A stretch of DNA of 64,000 bases, from contig NMRA01000290.1 of NCBI GenBank assembly GCA_002633005.1, positions 188,748 through 252,747 on the forward strand, written 5' to 3'. Below are positions 60,001-64,000 of the stretch, piece after piece; the first letter of the stretch is position 1, and every line of letters starts with the position of its first letter. Position numbers and translations under genes: made by a program. The notes under the pieces are model-generated. The model ran no database searches and had not been told where the DNA came from. It saw nothing but the letters and a program-made list of their open reading frames with translations. Source of the stretch: Phoronis australis (lineage: Eukaryota > Animalia > Phoronida).

Positions 60001-63000
60001 TTGACAGGTCTGATATCATTTTCACTAAAGGTGGTCAGTAATATAGATACACAACTGCTTACAGACTGTCTAATTAAAAGGCAAATCTTACGTCCTATAG
60101 ATCAAGTGAACAAAATTCCACACAGACGATCAATCTGACACCTCGTCTGTCTTCTTACCATTTGTCCCAAAAGCAAACATCAGATTTGCCAACTGTGAGA
60201 AAGATTCGTGATTTCAATGACATTACTTGTGGTTGGGCTCAGCTTGTCCTCGGTGATCGCTCTGCCCCACCATTGGCCGGAATAGTACCATTTTACATGT
60301 TAATGTCGTGCCTTTGTGAACATGCATTTTTAGTCACTGCTATCAATTTAACCACCTTTATGATGTTGAAACATGAGTCTACAATACCTCTTTGTCCCGC
60401 ATATCTGTTAGTATATCAAAGAATCATGCTGTAGTAAACATAAACAGTGTGTGTCTGTCTAACTGTCCAAGAACAACCATGAAGACAACTGGCCATTGTT
60501 GACTTTGCAAAAGTAGTGTAAGTTATCAAGAGCAACAAGTGTAACAATGAAGCAATCGCCTGTGAAATCATTCCACTGGTGAATTTTAGTTATGACCAAC
60601 CAAATTCATCATGGTCTTGACTAATTCAACTGTGGATCTTGTGTACCACAGTACTGACTGTGTGATAGCATAGTTCTTACAACATGTATCTACCCTTTTA
60701 TAAAAATTCTCATCTGAACATAGTAAGTCGGGTTTTAGTGGAGACCCAAAGAATAGTGATCTTAACATTTTTGTTGCATTTATAAATGTCTTGTTGTATC
60801 AGTCATTCCTGTCTGTCTTCACAAACTTTTGTAATTATGGTAAGAAGACAGCAAACCCAACAGTTCTGTCAGACAAACCAACTTTTGATATGGATCACCT
60901 GGATCCTGCACCTATCTTTATAAAACTGATCTCAACTTGCTCCTAATTCAGATAAGAACTTTGTTTCCAGGCTAGGAAAGAGACAATATTGGTTGTGGCC
61001 ATGCTAGCTGTGTAAAATGACACATGGTGAGAAGCCAACTTATTGAGCCTGGTCTCAAGCAATAACGAAAGCCAAGAAATCACTTCTAATTTGACTAAGG
61101 ACCAATTTAAGACCGATTTTATAACAGTAAATGGTGTAAACAAAAAAGAAAGGCGTGTTTATGGCAACTTTAACTATAACGTTCACCAATTATGACTTGA
61201 GAGGAGATTATGATTGTTCATGTTGTGGGCTGGATCATCAGTACCACAAATGCAACGAGTCATGCTCCTAGTTACCAGACGTGGTAACACCATTGAGGAA
61301 ATGGAATTTGCTGATTGTTGCAATAGGAAAATTAATCACTGCTAATTTGATTTATTCCAGTCTAAAGTTCTCAACTTCAGCTTGCGTAGGACTGAAAAAA
61401 TTATCGATGGATTTGGTAAATTGAAAATGAAGGAGTTGAAAATGGCCTCCAATAGTATAGATTTTGAAGATGATCCCAATGCTTTGTGAGCATTTGGTGA
61501 CCATTGAAATGCAAAACCATTGAAAAGTATCATATTTTTATTAAAGTAGTGCAAGAGTGAACTGTGAATTATGGTGATGATATGTTTAAATATTGAGGTA
61601 AAGTAGAGGTCAGGTGTCAAGACATCTGAAGCACTGGTCAAAGTAAGTGAGTGCTTTCAGGTTCTATGAATTAGTCTGATATTTGAATGAAACAGTTTAT
61701 TGGCTTGTGGGCTTTCTTTTATGTTAAAATACTACTTTGTTGAATTATTGTAATCTGAGCCTTAGATAAGGAAATTTGCACTGGATGCCGATTACGGTAA
61801 AGTTATGTTCTGAAATCATTTCAATGGCGTTTTTTAAAATTTCTGTATTGCGCAATACTTAAAGGTGATAGAAATTGCAAATCTTAGATAAATGATATGT
61901 GCGTCGCAAGCTCGTTACCAGAGATGAAAAGGAGACGGAGGTAGGCGATATAAGGTCATTCATTATGACTAATACAGTTACAAGTAATTATAGTGAGTAC
62001 AGATAAGTAAAATAAAAAATAATAATCTCTGGCAAACATTACGAGCATAGATGATGAACAGTACATGTACATTTCAGTTATGCAAGTGTCTTGTATTTTC
62101 ATATTATTGGGCCGCAGGCCTTCAAGTTCAATAAAATTGTTTAGCTCAAGGAAATCATTTCCAATTTTTGGAATAAAATATTCTGAAAGTTAAAGTTGTG
62201 AATGTTGTATACAAGTTTAAATTTTCAGAGCAATTTATAATTTTTAATAAGTCTATCATGGAATAAACAAATAGAACACGCTTGGTTTTGTTTTATTTTT
62301 TATGAAATTTTATATGTTGGAAATGTTCTCTAATAAACTTTTAAAGGATTTGAATCCATTTCTATGATATGCGATTAACTTATGTTCATCGGTGAGGCGT
62401 CGATCAGCTAAAAATGCTACAAATTTAATAGTTGAACAGTACTGTTTTGATGCTACTCTGTTAAGTATATGAACTACCTGTGAAAAGGCTTTCCACAGCC
62501 AAGATAGTGCTAGATAAAGAAATACTCCACTCAACCCTGAAAAGTTCATAAAATACCTAATTTGTTGACTGTGTAAATAGTCCAAAGTTGGCCCATTGAA
62601 GGCTATCAGCAGGTCTTATCACTACATGTTTTGTATGAGCAGAAACATGTGAATACTCTAGGCTGTGTTTGTAGTCTCCATAGCCAAGGTGGGTTTCCTA
62701 CTGTTTGTATTTTTAATGAGGTGTGAAAAATACAATTTTCTGCCTTGTGGTTGGCAAGGCCTTCATGGTTCTGTTGTGATCTTCACAGAAAGGTGAGTCT
62801 TGTGACAGAAATTTGGAACTATCCTTTTCTAACAGTCTTTTTTGAACAATTGTCTGAGTGGTATTGTAGCACCTAATGTAACTTGTTGCAGAAGAGAGTC
62901 AAATATTGTTGGAAACCTGAAGCAGGTTTTTATCATCTCTGTTTTTGCGTGCTGGTGTTTGTCAAAGTGAGTTTTAGAAGAAGCCTCTGAGTCGGCATAG

Positions 63001-64000
63001 ATCAGGTACCCAGTAATATTGAGAAATTGATAGCTACGGGTATGTGTATTTTTAAAAGCCTTGTCATATGCTAGACAACACTAATAGTGGAGCAATATTT
63101 ACACAAAATAGTAACTTATCATAAAATTATAAAATGGCATTAACTAGTTATGTACTTTAATGGTCAGACCATTGTTAAGTGCTAAAGTTTCTCTAAAAGG
63201 CTCCAAAGATTGAGTTTGAAACAAAAAACAAATTTCAGTTGCAGATTATGCATGAAATCACCATTCTTAAAAACAAGTTCTTCAAAGTAATTTCTCGGAT
63301 TGTATTGGTTACTGTGTAAATAAGTGCTCAAACCTCATCATTCTATGATGTATACTTAGATCCTGACTTCACACAGTACTTCAATAGTGTTTACTATTAG
63401 TGTTGCTCTTGGGTAAATATTTAGCTTCAGCTCTCAGACACCAATTTGCATGTGAGACCCTATCAGAAGTGTCTGTCTTAGCATGGTCCAACTCTTTGTT
63501 GCTGAATAAGTTGGAACTACTGTATGTCATTTTTTCTTATTTGGATCAAATGATGTTGAGATGTGGTCAGTATATGTTTCATTTAAAGGTGCATTAAAGC
63601 AATGCTGTGAACTAGTACTAAATTTTGATTTGGACCACTTACCATTAAGAAATTGGTCTCAAATTGTTCCTGAAAGTCAAATGGTTGGTTGTTTAAAGCT
63701 TCGGAAAGAGCTGACAGTTTGTTCTAGTATTTCATACCTGAGGCTCTACAAGTTAGCTTGGCATGCCGTGTGACCTTTTATGCACTGTCTTAAGGAATAA
63801 TGAAGTGTCTTGCAAACCCTGAAATCAATTTCTGTCTGAGTAAGGAACAAGTTGAGACCAATTTTATAACAGTAAGTGATCTAAATCAAAACTACTTCTT
63901 GGACAGAATGTAGCGGGTTTATAGATGTAAGAATTAAATTGACTGTTCACTATTGCTTTGTCACAGCGAGCTAAGTTTCAAACCCAGAAACAGTGTGTGC

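Noticed and set aside
61160-61260. NYNVHQL resembling a CACTA transposase motif
   Set aside because: Followed immediately by a stop, with no downstream WGP/FE motif; likely chance

Overview
AT-rich, intron-rich animal genomic DNA (an invertebrate, probably lophotrochozoan/mollusc-like; inference only) from a draft assembly with one 361-nt N gap and single-N joins. Exons were assembled by hand from GT-AG sites with phase checks. Four protein-coding genes are supported. (1) METTL17/Rsm22 on the minus strand, 7 exons, running off the left edge. (2) Mitochondrial malate dehydrogenase MDH2 on the plus strand, 7 exons, 342 aa, head-to-head with METTL17 with 295 bp between start codons. (3) SMG6/EST1A NMD endonuclease on the plus strand, 17 exons, about 1535 aa. 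(4) An intronless 329-aa zinc-dependent MDR dehydrogenase on the minus strand that looks like a bacterial family and is a candidate domesticated horizontal transfer. Non-coding DNA holds Helentron-like (HINE) repeats with ~150-bp-spaced CTCF-like motifs, several MITE families, SINE and CR1/L2 remnants, minisatellites, and haplotype duplications across N joins that capture transposon insertion/excision polymorphisms. No gene could be supported in 54-64 kb.
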